A stretch of DNA of 64,000 bases. Source: Clostridia bacterium. Lineage in GTDB: Bacteria > Bacillota > Clostridia > Christensenellales > Aristaeellaceae. Below the pieces are notes generated by a model. The model did not search any database. It worked only from the letters and a program-made list of their open reading frames with translations, and was not told the DNA's origin. Of this stretch, positions 45,808-54,500 are shown piece after piece. The translations under genes and the position numbers were made by a program. How positions within the stretch are numbered: the first letter of the stretch is position 1; the number at the start of each line of letters is the position of its first letter. The stretch lies in assembly GCA_024404245.1 (NCBI GenBank), contig JAKSQH010000001.1:35556-99555 (forward strand), in the 5' to 3' direction.

Positions 45808-47190
45808 ATGGAAGTGATCACGACCAGAACCTTGAAGGAAAACCTGACCGCGCTGCAGGGAACCGAAGTCACGCTGCAGGGCTGGATCCGCAACCACCGG
45901 AAGCAGAAGAACATGGGCTTCATCGACTTCTTCGACGGTATGTGCTTCCGAAATCCCCAGGTCGTGTATGACAACACCATCCCCGATTTTGAAAATATAC
46001 AGGCACTGCGTGTCGGTTCCGCCATTACGGTAACCGGCAAGGTCGTGCCCAGCTACAAAGATCCGGAAACACCCGAAATTCAGGCCACGGCAATCACACT
46101 GGAAGGTGACTGCCCCGAGGATTATCCGCTGCAGCCCAAGCGTCACTCTATCGAATATCTGCGCGAAATCGCGTATCTGCGTCCCCGTACACGTCTGTTC
46201 CAGGCCGTGTTCCGTGTCCGCAGTGTGGCCGCCATGGCAATCCATACGTATTTCCAGGATCGCGGATACCTGTACGTGCATACTCCGCTGATTACCGCCA
46301 ATGACGCCGAAGGCGCCGGCAACACCTTTACCGTCACCACCCTGCCCGCGGACAAGCGCGCGCAGGATCCGTCACAGGACTTCTTCGGCAAACCCGCCTC
46401 TCTGGCCGTAACCGGTCAGCTGGAGGGTGAAACCTTTGCCATGGCCTTCGGTAAGATCTACACCTTCGGGCCCACATTCCGCGCTGAAAACAGCAATACC
46501 AAAACGCACGCGGCCGAATTCTGGATGATCGAGCCTGAAATCGCTTTCTGCGACCTGCAGCAGCTGATGGATATCGAAGAGGATTTCCTGAAATACATTG
46601 TCAGCACCGTGCTGGAAAAATGCGCCGATGAGCTGAAGTTCCTCGACGGGTTTACCGGCGGCGGTCTGATTGAAAAGCTGACCGGTCTTGCCAACAGCAA
46701 GTGCGCCCGTGTCACGCATGAAGAAGCCATCACCATCCTGCGCAAAGCGATGGAAAACGGCACTGAATTCCAGTTTGAGCCGAAATACGGCGAGGATACC
46801 GCGAAGGAGCACGAGAAGTACCTGACCGAGGAGTACTTCCATTCTCCGGTGTTCGTATATGACTGGCCCAAGGATATCAAAGCCTTCTATATGTATCAGA
46901 ACGATGACGGGAAAACCGTTTCCGCGGTAGACCTGCTGGTGCCCGGCGCCGGTGAGCTGATGGGCGGCAGCCAGCGTGAAACGCGCTACGACCTGCTTAC
47001 CGCCAGGATGGACGAGCTGCATATCTCCAAAGAGGATATGTACTGGTACGTGAACCTGCGCCGTTTCGGCGGCTGCACGCATTCCGGCTTCGGGATGGGC
47101 TTCGAGCGCCTGCTGATCTACCTTACCGGCGTGGATAACATCCGCGATGTCATTCCCTACTTCCGCACGCCCATGAACTGCGATTTCTGA
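45808..47190 (+). CDS. asnS: Asparagine--tRNA ligase
   Basis: OB fold, TPLITANDAEGAG, FGPTFRAENS, EFWMIEPE, GGSQRE, GFGMGFERL. Confidence 0.97.
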   Translation: MEVITTRTLKENLTALQGTEVTLQGWIRNHRKQKNMGFIDFFDGMCFRNPQVVYDNTIPDFENIQALRVGSAITVTGKVVPSYKDPETPEIQATAITLEGDCPEDYPLQPKRHSIEYLREIAYLRPRTRLFQAVFRVRSVAAMAIHTYFQDRGYLYVHTPLITANDAEGAGNTFTVTTLPADKRAQDPSQDFFGKPASLAVTGQLEGETFAMAFGKIYTFGPTFRAENSNTKTHAAEFWMIEPEIAFCDLQQLMDIEEDFLKYIVSTVLEKCADELKFLDGFTGGGLIEKLTGLANSKCARVTHEEAITILRKAMENGTEFQFEPKYGEDTAKEHEKYLTEEYFHSPVFVYDWPKDIKAFYMYQNDDGKTVSAVDLLVPGAGELMGGSQRETRYDLLTARMDELHISKEDMYWYVNLRRFGGCTHSGFGMGFERLLIYLTGVDNIRDVIPYFRTPMNCDF

Positions 47191-47206
47191 TTCTCCCGTT
47201 CTCATC

Positions 47207-47237
47207 GCGCCTGCCTGTACGGCAGGCGCTTTTGTTT
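47207..47237 (+). terminator. Intrinsic terminator of asnS
   Basis: GCGCCTGCC-tgtac-GGCAGGCGC-TTTTGTTT. Confidence 0.85.
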
Positions 47238-47338
47238 GCCTTGATGCATCATTTATGGTATATTGTACGTTGTATAGGTGTGTTCACTTTTCCGGCGATG
47301 CCGGATCGTTCTCACGAACCGAAAGGAGTCGATCTTTC

Positions 47339-48502
47339 ATGTTCAAGCGTTTTCTGGCCCTGATGATTACGGCGGCTCTGCTGCTTGCCGCGTTGCCTGT
47401 TCTGGCGGATAAGCCTGCGGCTCTCACTTATGACGAAATTACCGGCCTGTTTGATTCCCTGCTGGAACGGGCCGCCGCCTCGCAGATGCTGCACGAAGCT
47501 GAAGAAACCGAAGAAGGCTACGCGCTGGTATACGATTTTGCCACGATCTATGCCGATAAACCCGAACTGACGGACGGTACAAAGGTCAATTCCATTTTAT
47601 TCACCGCGGAAAATGAGGAATTGATCCGCGGCACATCGCCCTACAGCACCTTGAATGAAGTGCTTTCGGCATATCCCTGCAGGGATGAATCGCTGCCGGG
47701 CAGTTACACGGGTTCTGTGCTTTATCTTGAAGGCTCGCCCAATGAAGGCATCCGGTTCGGCTATGTATACCGGGACGGGCAGCAGGCGGAAACAATCTGC
47801 TATGAGGTATACGCGATTTCCGGTGCCGGCTATGATGACTGCGGCATTATGTATACCGTCAGCGAGGATATGATCGGCGCGATCCGCGTCTTCAATCTCA
47901 CCTCCGGCCTTTCCTACGAGGAAGTACGTTCATTGTTTTCCGATATGAATGAGGATTATGCCGACACAACCTACCGCATGGCCAAAGTCAGCTATAACGG
48001 CAGTGAACTGGAAAAGATGAACGTGAACGACCTGTCTTTCGCGGGATTCAACTACCTTTCTGCCGCCGAGAATGATCTGCCCGAAATGCTGGAGGATATG
48101 TGGATTTCAAACGGCGACGAAACCTGGCTTCACAGAATTGACGGAGATGGCTGGTACGCGATTTTCCATGCGGACAAAGACCGTAAGAACGGTGAACTGG
48201 TCATGTTCAGCATTACAGGTGACACGTTTGAAGGACCTCGCTATGTGCGTATCGGCGACAGTTACGCTTCCGACTACAACCGTTTCCGCAACGGAGACGG
48301 CGAATTTGACGCGGACAGCATGACCGAAGTTCTTTACGAAGATGAAAACGGAAGCGGTTTCTCCGTCTTCCATGATAACGGTTCAGCCGAACTGCGCTAT
48401 GATGTGGTAACCGGAGACGGCCGCAAAGTGCAGATGCTGCTGAACTACAGCGGTGAAACCATGCTTCTGAGCGAGATTACGGTCCATACGCTCAGCGAAT
48501 AA
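47339..48502 (+). CDS. Secreted acidic hypothetical protein
   Basis: Signal peptide MFKRFLAL...VLA; AAGGAG RBS; very Asp/Glu-rich. Confidence 0.75.
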   Translation: MFKRFLALMITAALLLAALPVLADKPAALTYDEITGLFDSLLERAAASQMLHEAEETEEGYALVYDFATIYADKPELTDGTKVNSILFTAENEELIRGTSPYSTLNEVLSAYPCRDESLPGSYTGSVLYLEGSPNEGIRFGYVYRDGQQAETICYEVYAISGAGYDDCGIMYTVSEDMIGAIRVFNLTSGLSYEEVRSLFSDMNEDYADTTYRMAKVSYNGSELEKMNVNDLSFAGFNYLSAAENDLPEMLEDMWISNGDETWLHRIDGDGWYAIFHADKDRKNGELVMFSITGDTFEGPRYVRIGDSYASDYNRFRNGDGEFDADSMTEVLYEDENGSGFSVFHDNGSAELRYDVVTGDGRKVQMLLNYSGETMLLSEITVHTLSE

Positions 48503-48534
48503 CCGGATTATTCCCCGAAAGGAGTGATCACATC

Positions 48535-51417
48535 TTGAAGATTGATCTGACCTGTCCTGTCGAAGTCTGGCGGTGTGACAAGCCCACGGAGGAATATGCC
48601 GCGGCGGACATCACACTGTACAATCTGAGTGACCGGTCCGTAAATTCCGCGGAAGTCACACTCATAAGGACCGGAAATGACGGCCGTGAACTGGACCGCG
48701 TTGTTCATCGCGGTCACAGTCTGCGCGGACGAGTCGGCAGTTCCTTTACGATGTCCGTGCCATGCGAATATATCGACGGCATTTATCATACCGAAGTCAT
48801 CATCGAAAAAGTCTGGTTTGATGACAATGATGTCTGGCGCCGCGGAAACAACCGCCCTGTCGAATATGTATCAAACGCGTTGCCGAACTGCCGCGCGCTT
48901 GAAAAGCTTCATTATATCGCAGGCAATAACGCCGTCGGCTTTCCCGCGGAAGATAACGGTCTCTGGCTTTGCGTATGTGGCCGGCCCAATCCTGATTCCT
49001 CGCCGGTCTGTGTTCGCTGTCACCGCGGAAAAGCTGAAATTTTCACCCGTTTCAACCGTGAGGCAGTGGAAAAGCTGTACGCCCAGAAGGAGCACCGGCT
49101 TGACCTGCACACGCGCGCGGTAAGGGAAGATAACGCGCGCATACAGCAAATCCGCGAGCAGGAATATAATATCATGAAAACCCGGCACCGCCGCACCCGT
49201 ACGCTGTTCGCGCTGCTGCTGGCCGGCATTCTGCTCACAGGCGCCTTTATGTTCTTCGGTCAGCCGGCACTGCGCTACCTGAGTGCCGTGCGCGCCATAT
49301 CCGCCGGCTGCTGGGACGCGGCCGTGGAAGAACTTGAAGCCGTCGATCCCTTCCTGCGTTCCGGTGAACTGCTTGCTGACTGCCGTTATGAGCAGGCCAG
49401 GCAGAACCTCAATTCAGATGATCCTCTGGTTCTGTCCGCCGCGGCTGATATATTCCGTGCCCGGACAGACAAAGCGGACGCGGCCGGACTCGAACAGGAG
49501 GCGGACTACCGCCGGGCCTGCCTGTTGCTTCAGCAGGGTAATGCCGATGGAGCGGCCGCGATCTTCAGTCGGCTCGGCAACTATAAAGACAGCTCCGATA
49601 AGCTGAATGACTGCGCGTTTTTCACGGCGGAGCAGCTGATGAACAGCCATGCGTACGCTGAGGCAGAAAGCATTTACCGTTCTCTCGGCACGTATCCGGG
49701 TGCCGCTGATAACGCGGACAGCTGTGTATACGAGCAGGCGCTGATCCTCATTGAAGACGCCGGCTATGACAGTGCCGCGGAAATGCTGCGCACAATACCG
49801 GACTTCGGAGACAGCGCTGTACAGTTGCAAAGGTGCAGCTATCTGAAGGCGCTGCAGCTGGAGGAAGCGGGTGACCTGATCGCCGCGGGTGACGCTTACA
49901 GGCTCGCCGGGGATTATGAGGATGCCGCGCTGCGTACCTGCGAATGTCTGATGGCCCCCGCCGATGAGGCTTTCCTTGCCGGTGATCTTGAAACGGCGAT
50001 GGAGCTTTACGCGAAAATTCCGGATTATCCGGAGGCCGCGGGGCAATATCGTCTGTGTGCGTACACACTCGCGTCAGACGCGCTGAAAAACCAGGAATAC
50101 GCGCGCGCGTCCGAGCTGTTTTCCCTCCTGCCGGATGATTATTCCGACACAGCGGACAAGAAGCTGCAAACGGTCTACAAACCGGCAGCCGCCGCGCTGA
50201 AGAAAAAGGACTGGGAAACGGCTGTATCCCTGTTTGAAACCATCCCCGGGTACAAGGATTCGGATGCCCTGCTGGCGAAAGCCCGTTACGGTCTTGCCGG
50301 CAGTCTGGTCAGCCGGGGCGGGTATGCGGAAGCCGCCACGCTGTACGAACTGCTCGGTGATTACTCGGACAGCGAAAAAAAGCTTCTTGACGCGAAATAC
50401 CGGCAGGCATGTCTCCTGCTGGACGCCGGCGAGGCTGAGGAAGCGATCCTCGCGTTTGAGGCACTGAGTGATCATCCTGAAAGTGCCGGAAAGCTGAAAG
50501 CCGCGCGTTACCTGCTCGGCACACAGCTGCTGGAACAGGGAAAAGCAAACGAAGCCCGTGTGATATTCGAATCACTCGGTAACTACGGCGAAGCGGCGGA
50601 ACAGGTCAGAGCCTGCGACTACGCGCTGGCCGACGCGTTGGAACAGGACGGAAAAACAATCGAAGCGGCCGAGCTTTTTGATACTGTTCGCGGTTACTCA
50701 GACGCGGCCGACCGTTCAGGCAGGCTGTACTGTCAGCTGGCCGGGGAGGCCGAAAAAGGCGGACGGACACTGGCCGCTGCCGGTTACTACGAAAAAGCCG
50801 GATCTTTTGGCGGTGCCGCGGATAAGGCAAAAGCAATCTGGCATGACTACTATGATACCGTATATACCGCTGTGAAACAGTCCATGTCAAAGGGTGACTA
50901 CGCCGCGGCCGCCGCGCTGATGGACAACCTCGTCATGACCGATCTTCCCGCGGCCTACGCGGATCTGCCGGATCTGTACAAAAAAGCCAACTATGAAGCC
51001 GGCAAATCGCTTTATAACGCGAAAAAGCCTTATGAGGCTCTGCCCTATTTCCGCGCGGTGCCCGGTTACAAAAGTACGGATGAATTCCTGCGCCGGCCCG
51101 CGTATCTGCTGCTCGGCACATGGACAGACAGTGAAAGCACAGCGCTTTATATCTTCCGGGAAGACGGAGTCTGTTATCTGAACGGCAGAACACTGTATTT
51201 CAATTTCGTCAATGACAAGGTGATGACTTCCGACACAAAGGGCAGTGCGTATACAACCTCCCTCAATGTCTGGAATGTAACGGAAAAAACCATGTCCCTG
51301 TCCTTCACGGATGAAAACGGCAAATCCGTTACCCGGCATCTCGTCCGTTCCGAAAGCAGTGATATTCCTGCAGAACCGGAGAACGACACCTTTGCCGTTC
51401 AGGATGACGAGGTCTGA
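48535..51417 (+). CDS. Single-pass membrane protein with Cys-rich ribbon and a long TPR-like (LGxYxDS) repeat array
   Basis: WLCVCGRPN...CVRC, basic stretch then TM, then about 15 helical repeats A...F..LG.Y.DS; TTG start after AAGGAG. Confidence 0.8.
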   Translation: MKIDLTCPVEVWRCDKPTEEYAAADITLYNLSDRSVNSAEVTLIRTGNDGRELDRVVHRGHSLRGRVGSSFTMSVPCEYIDGIYHTEVIIEKVWFDDNDVWRRGNNRPVEYVSNALPNCRALEKLHYIAGNNAVGFPAEDNGLWLCVCGRPNPDSSPVCVRCHRGKAEIFTRFNREAVEKLYAQKEHRLDLHTRAVREDNARIQQIREQEYNIMKTRHRRTRTLFALLLAGILLTGAFMFFGQPALRYLSAVRAISAGCWDAAVEELEAVDPFLRSGELLADCRYEQARQNLNSDDPLVLSAAADIFRARTDKADAAGLEQEADYRRACLLLQQGNADGAAAIFSRLGNYKDSSDKLNDCAFFTAEQLMNSHAYAEAESIYRSLGTYPGAADNADSCVYEQALILIEDAGYDSAAEMLRTIPDFGDSAVQLQRCSYLKALQLEEAGDLIAAGDAYRLAGDYEDAALRTCECLMAPADEAFLAGDLETAMELYAKIPDYPEAAGQYRLCAYTLASDALKNQEYARASELFSLLPDDYSDTADKKLQTVYKPAAAALKKKDWETAVSLFETIPGYKDSDALLAKARYGLAGSLVSRGGYAEAATLYELLGDYSDSEKKLLDAKYRQACLLLDAGEAEEAILAFEALSDHPESAGKLKAARYLLGTQLLEQGKANEARVIFESLGNYGEAAEQVRACDYALADALEQDGKTIEAAELFDTVRGYSDAADRSGRLYCQLAGEAEKGGRTLAAAGYYEKAGSFGGAADKAKAIWHDYYDTVYTAVKQSMSKGDYAAAAALMDNLVMTDLPAAYADLPDLYKKANYEAGKSLYNAKKPYEALPYFRAVPGYKSTDEFLRRPAYLLLGTWTDSESTALYIFREDGVCYLNGRTLYFNFVNDKVMTSDTKGSAYTTSLNVWNVTEKTMSLSFTDENGKSVTRHLVRSESSDIPAEPENDTFAVQDDEV

Positions 51418-51418
51418 C

Positions 51419-52612
51419 ATGAAAAAAAGCACAGACCGGATCCCTGAGCTTGATGGCATCCGGGTTATCATGATCTTCATTGTCAGCTGGTATCATCTCT
51501 GGCAGCAAAGCTGGCTGACACCGTATATCGGCAGCTATTCACTTGATTACCTGCTCCGCAGCGGCTATATCTGGGTGGACGGTACCGTCCTGCTCAGCGC
51601 GTTTCTGCTGTTTCTGCCCTACGCGCGTGTTATGCTGCACGGGGGCACGGTACCGGACACGCGGGATTTCTACCGCCGCCGCGCGTGCCGGATTCTGCCG
51701 AGCTGGTATTTCATCATCCTGCTGTTCTTCTTTGCCATGTGTCTGCCGTGGCATCTGTATACTTCACCGCAGTTCATGGTAAAAGATCTGGCAACCCATT
51801 TTACCTTCACCTTCAATTTCTGGGCGGACACATATATTTCCACTCCCCTCGGCGCGGCGCCGTGGACACTGGCTGTTGAAGTACAAGCCTACATTCTGTT
51901 CCCGTGGATCGCGAAGTCGGTTATGAAACATCCGGTCCGTACACTCGGTACGATGCTGATCCTGTGTCTCGGGTTCCGTGCCTGGTGTATCTGGAGCCTC
52001 ACGGATTATTCAATGGTTGTCAATCAACTGATTGATTTCCTGGATGTCTATGTGCTCGGTATTCTGTTGTCCATGCTGTATGTCAGAATGGAAAAAGCGA
52101 AGCTGAACGGTCCTTCCGGCACGCTGAAGCGTATTCTGGCCACAGTGATCTTCCTGTCGGCAGTATTCTGTCTGCTCCGGCTTCTGCGCGTACAGGCCGC
52201 TTCAAACGGATATACGGCAATCCAGCGCCATCAGATGGAATACAGGCCGCTGTTCACGGTATGCTTCGGCGCAATGGTAATCTCCTGCCCGTTTGCCCTG
52301 CTTCCGCTGCGGTTTCTGCTGGGCAATCCGGTCATGCGGTTCCTGAGTGCAATCAGCATGAACTATTATCTTGTTCATCAGACACTGTTTGTACAGCTGC
52401 GTCGGATGCGAATCCCGTTCAGTGAGTCCGATACGCCGAATATAACAGGCGACAGGGTCTGGCAGGCGGAATATACATGGCTGTGTTTCGGTCTGTCATT
52501 GATACTGGCGGTGCTGATCACTTACTTGATTGAAAAACCCGTTTCCCGCCTGCTCCGGAAGCAGGTCGGGCGCAAGCAGGCAATTCCGCCTGCCCGTATT
52601 CCCCATGTTTGA
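51419..52612 (+). CDS. Acyltransferase-3 (OafA-like) membrane protein
   Basis: RIPELDGIR...H, FYRRRACRILP, WTLAVEVQAY, ISMNYYLVH, YLIEKP. Confidence 0.9.
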   Translation: MKKSTDRIPELDGIRVIMIFIVSWYHLWQQSWLTPYIGSYSLDYLLRSGYIWVDGTVLLSAFLLFLPYARVMLHGGTVPDTRDFYRRRACRILPSWYFIILLFFFAMCLPWHLYTSPQFMVKDLATHFTFTFNFWADTYISTPLGAAPWTLAVEVQAYILFPWIAKSVMKHPVRTLGTMLILCLGFRAWCIWSLTDYSMVVNQLIDFLDVYVLGILLSMLYVRMEKAKLNGPSGTLKRILATVIFLSAVFCLLRLLRVQAASNGYTAIQRHQMEYRPLFTVCFGAMVISCPFALLPLRFLLGNPVMRFLSAISMNYYLVHQTLFVQLRRMRIPFSESDTPNITGDRVWQAEYTWLCFGLSLILAVLITYLIEKPVSRLLRKQVGRKQAIPPARIPHV

Positions 52613-52623
52613 CTCCGGGGTAC

Positions 52624-52666
52624 AAAAAAACGGATCACCCGTATCCGGGACAGGGTGATCCGTTTT
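52624..52666. terminator. Bidirectional intrinsic terminator
   Basis: AAAACGGATCACCC...GGGTGATCCGTTTT. Confidence 0.85.
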
Positions 52667-52678
52667 CTATGCTTCCGT

Positions 52679-53578
52679 TTATTTCTTCATGCTTCCGCGC
52701 AGGGTCGCGTTCGGCATCTGCGCCTGCTTCATAAAGGCACTGGGGCTGATGCCGACGATATGTTTGAACTGCTTTGAAAAATGATACGGATCCTGCATGC
52801 CCACGGCGCAACCGACTTCACGTACAGAGCAGTTCTGCTCGCGCAGCAGCTCCTTCGCGCGTTCCATCTTGCAGTGCAGCACGTAGCTCAGCGGCGGCAT
52901 ACCGACCTCAGCCACAAAGCGCTTGCGGAAGGTTTCCATCGGCATACGCGAAATGGCGGCCATATCGGCAAGGGACAGGTTCTCCCTGTACTGGCTGGCA
53001 CGCAGCGTATCAACAACCTTCGCGATCTCATGGCTCAGCATCGCGTCCATGGCTACAGGCTGACCCCAATGGGACGCGATCATGCCGTACATCAGATGCT
53101 GCAGCTGATAAGTCGCGTCGCTGGTACCGCTGTGCCTTACAATAACCTGCACAATCTGCTCAGCCAGATAAATCTGGCTCGGTAGCGCGCCCTGACGCAG
53201 GGGCATATGCAGCAGCGCGCCCATCTTGCGCACCACCATGGGACTCAGCGGACCTTCCAGCGCGATCCAGAGGCAGCGCGCGTGTTCTTCTGTCGTCAGC
53301 GTGCAGGCGGCATCCCCGGCCGGCAGAAAACAGGTACTGCCGGCTTCCAGTGTCAGATCGTTTCCGTCCCAGGTCACAAGTACTTTCCCTTTTTCAACCG
53401 CGAGCCAGACCCATTCGTTATGGGGGTTCAGCGCGTACGTGCCGGATTCCAGCACAAAGCTGCCCGCGGAATGAATCCACGCGCCGCTTGCCTGCGTCAG
53501 ACTGCCGGGCTTATGAACGCCCTCAACCGCCAATGATGAAAGCTCTTCCGGAACATCCGCGAGCAGATAAGATTCCAT
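52679..53578 (-). CDS. AraC family transcriptional regulator
   Basis: N-terminal cupin-like domain; C-terminal double HTH (EVGCAVGMQDPYHFSKQFKHIVGISPS). Confidence 0.92.
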   Translation of the reverse strand: MESYLLADVPEELSSLAVEGVHKPGSLTQASGAWIHSAGSFVLESGTYALNPHNEWVWLAVEKGKVLVTWDGNDLTLEAGSTCFLPAGDAACTLTTEEHARCLWIALEGPLSPMVVRKMGALLHMPLRQGALPSQIYLAEQIVQVIVRHSGTSDATYQLQHLMYGMIASHWGQPVAMDAMLSHEIAKVVDTLRASQYRENLSLADMAAISRMPMETFRKRFVAEVGMPPLSYVLHCKMERAKELLREQNCSVREVGCAVGMQDPYHFSKQFKHIVGISPSAFMKQAQMPNATLRGSMKK

Positions 53579-53610
53579 TTGCGTATCCTCCGATCATCAA
53601 TAACCAGATA

Positions 53611-53658
53611 TGACAAAATCCGATATTCAGTATATTACTGACATGTCGGATTTGTCAA
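53611..53658 (-). promoter_or_regulatory. araC-family promoter embedded in an imperfect inverted repeat
   Basis: TTGACA-18 nt-TATACT (minus) within TGACAAAATCCGA...TCGGATTTGTCA. Confidence 0.55.
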
Positions 53659-53722
53659 TCATTATCGTCTGTTTTTATATAATGATCGTTCACTTGCATC
53701 CTGATGATGTGAATTTTACGTA

Positions 53723-54430
53723 TCAGTCCGTTTTCACATTCAGAATCGCGTATACATAAATCGGGCCTGTACCGCCGACGCGGATCGACTGTCCAGGGGC
53801 CCCGGTCATACCTTTATACTGATCACTTCCGAAGAAGCAGCACTCCGTCACGTCACGCGTCACATACACAGTACCGCCGCGTACCGATCCCGCGATATCC
53901 AGATCAGCGGTTACCGTAAGCCTGCCGTCCTCAAGACGCAGCGTCACATATCCGGCACGGCGGTCGTCCGCCGTTACCAGAGGTACAATCTGCCGGTCGC
54001 GCCCTGTACCCGCTTCATCCAGAACACACACTTCAGAGCCGTCCGGCAGAATCGTTCCCGCGGTACGGGCTTCCGTCGGTACCCCGGAGACGGGCAACCG
54101 GCAAACGGTAAAGCTCAGCGTTTCGCCGTCAACCTCAGCGGTCACGGTATACTCGGCCGCGTCTCCTTCCGCGTTCAAAAATATCCTGTCCGACCTGAAC
54201 TTACCGCTGCAAGGACCGTAATTTTTCATAAATACCAGTCCGTCCGGACCTGTTACGGATAATGAGACGCGTTCCGCCTCCAGAAAGTCGCATGCAACAC
54301 GCAGATAATCCCGCTCTGTTGTCATCCGGCCCCGTGAATACAGGTCAGCGCTGAATTCATCCTCCGCCGCGCGGCCGCACACCGGCAGCATCAGCAGGAG
54401 TACCGTCATTATCAAAACAGCTCGTTTCAT
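53723..54430 (-). CDS. Secreted hypothetical protein
   Basis: Signal peptide MKRAVLIM...GRA; GGAGGG RBS; beta-rich composition. Confidence 0.7.
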   Translation of the reverse strand: MKRAVLIMTVLLLMLPVCGRAAEDEFSADLYSRGRMTTERDYLRVACDFLEAERVSLSVTGPDGLVFMKNYGPCSGKFRSDRIFLNAEGDAAEYTVTAEVDGETLSFTVCRLPVSGVPTEARTAGTILPDGSEVCVLDEAGTGRDRQIVPLVTADDRRAGYVTLRLEDGRLTVTADLDIAGSVRGGTVYVTRDVTECCFFGSDQYKGMTGAPGQSIRVGGTGPIYVYAILNVKTD

Positions 54431-54500
54431 TTTCCATCCCTCCGCAGAATAAACGAACCGGGCGGAAGAAATATTCCGCCCGATCCGGGTACTGGAAAAA

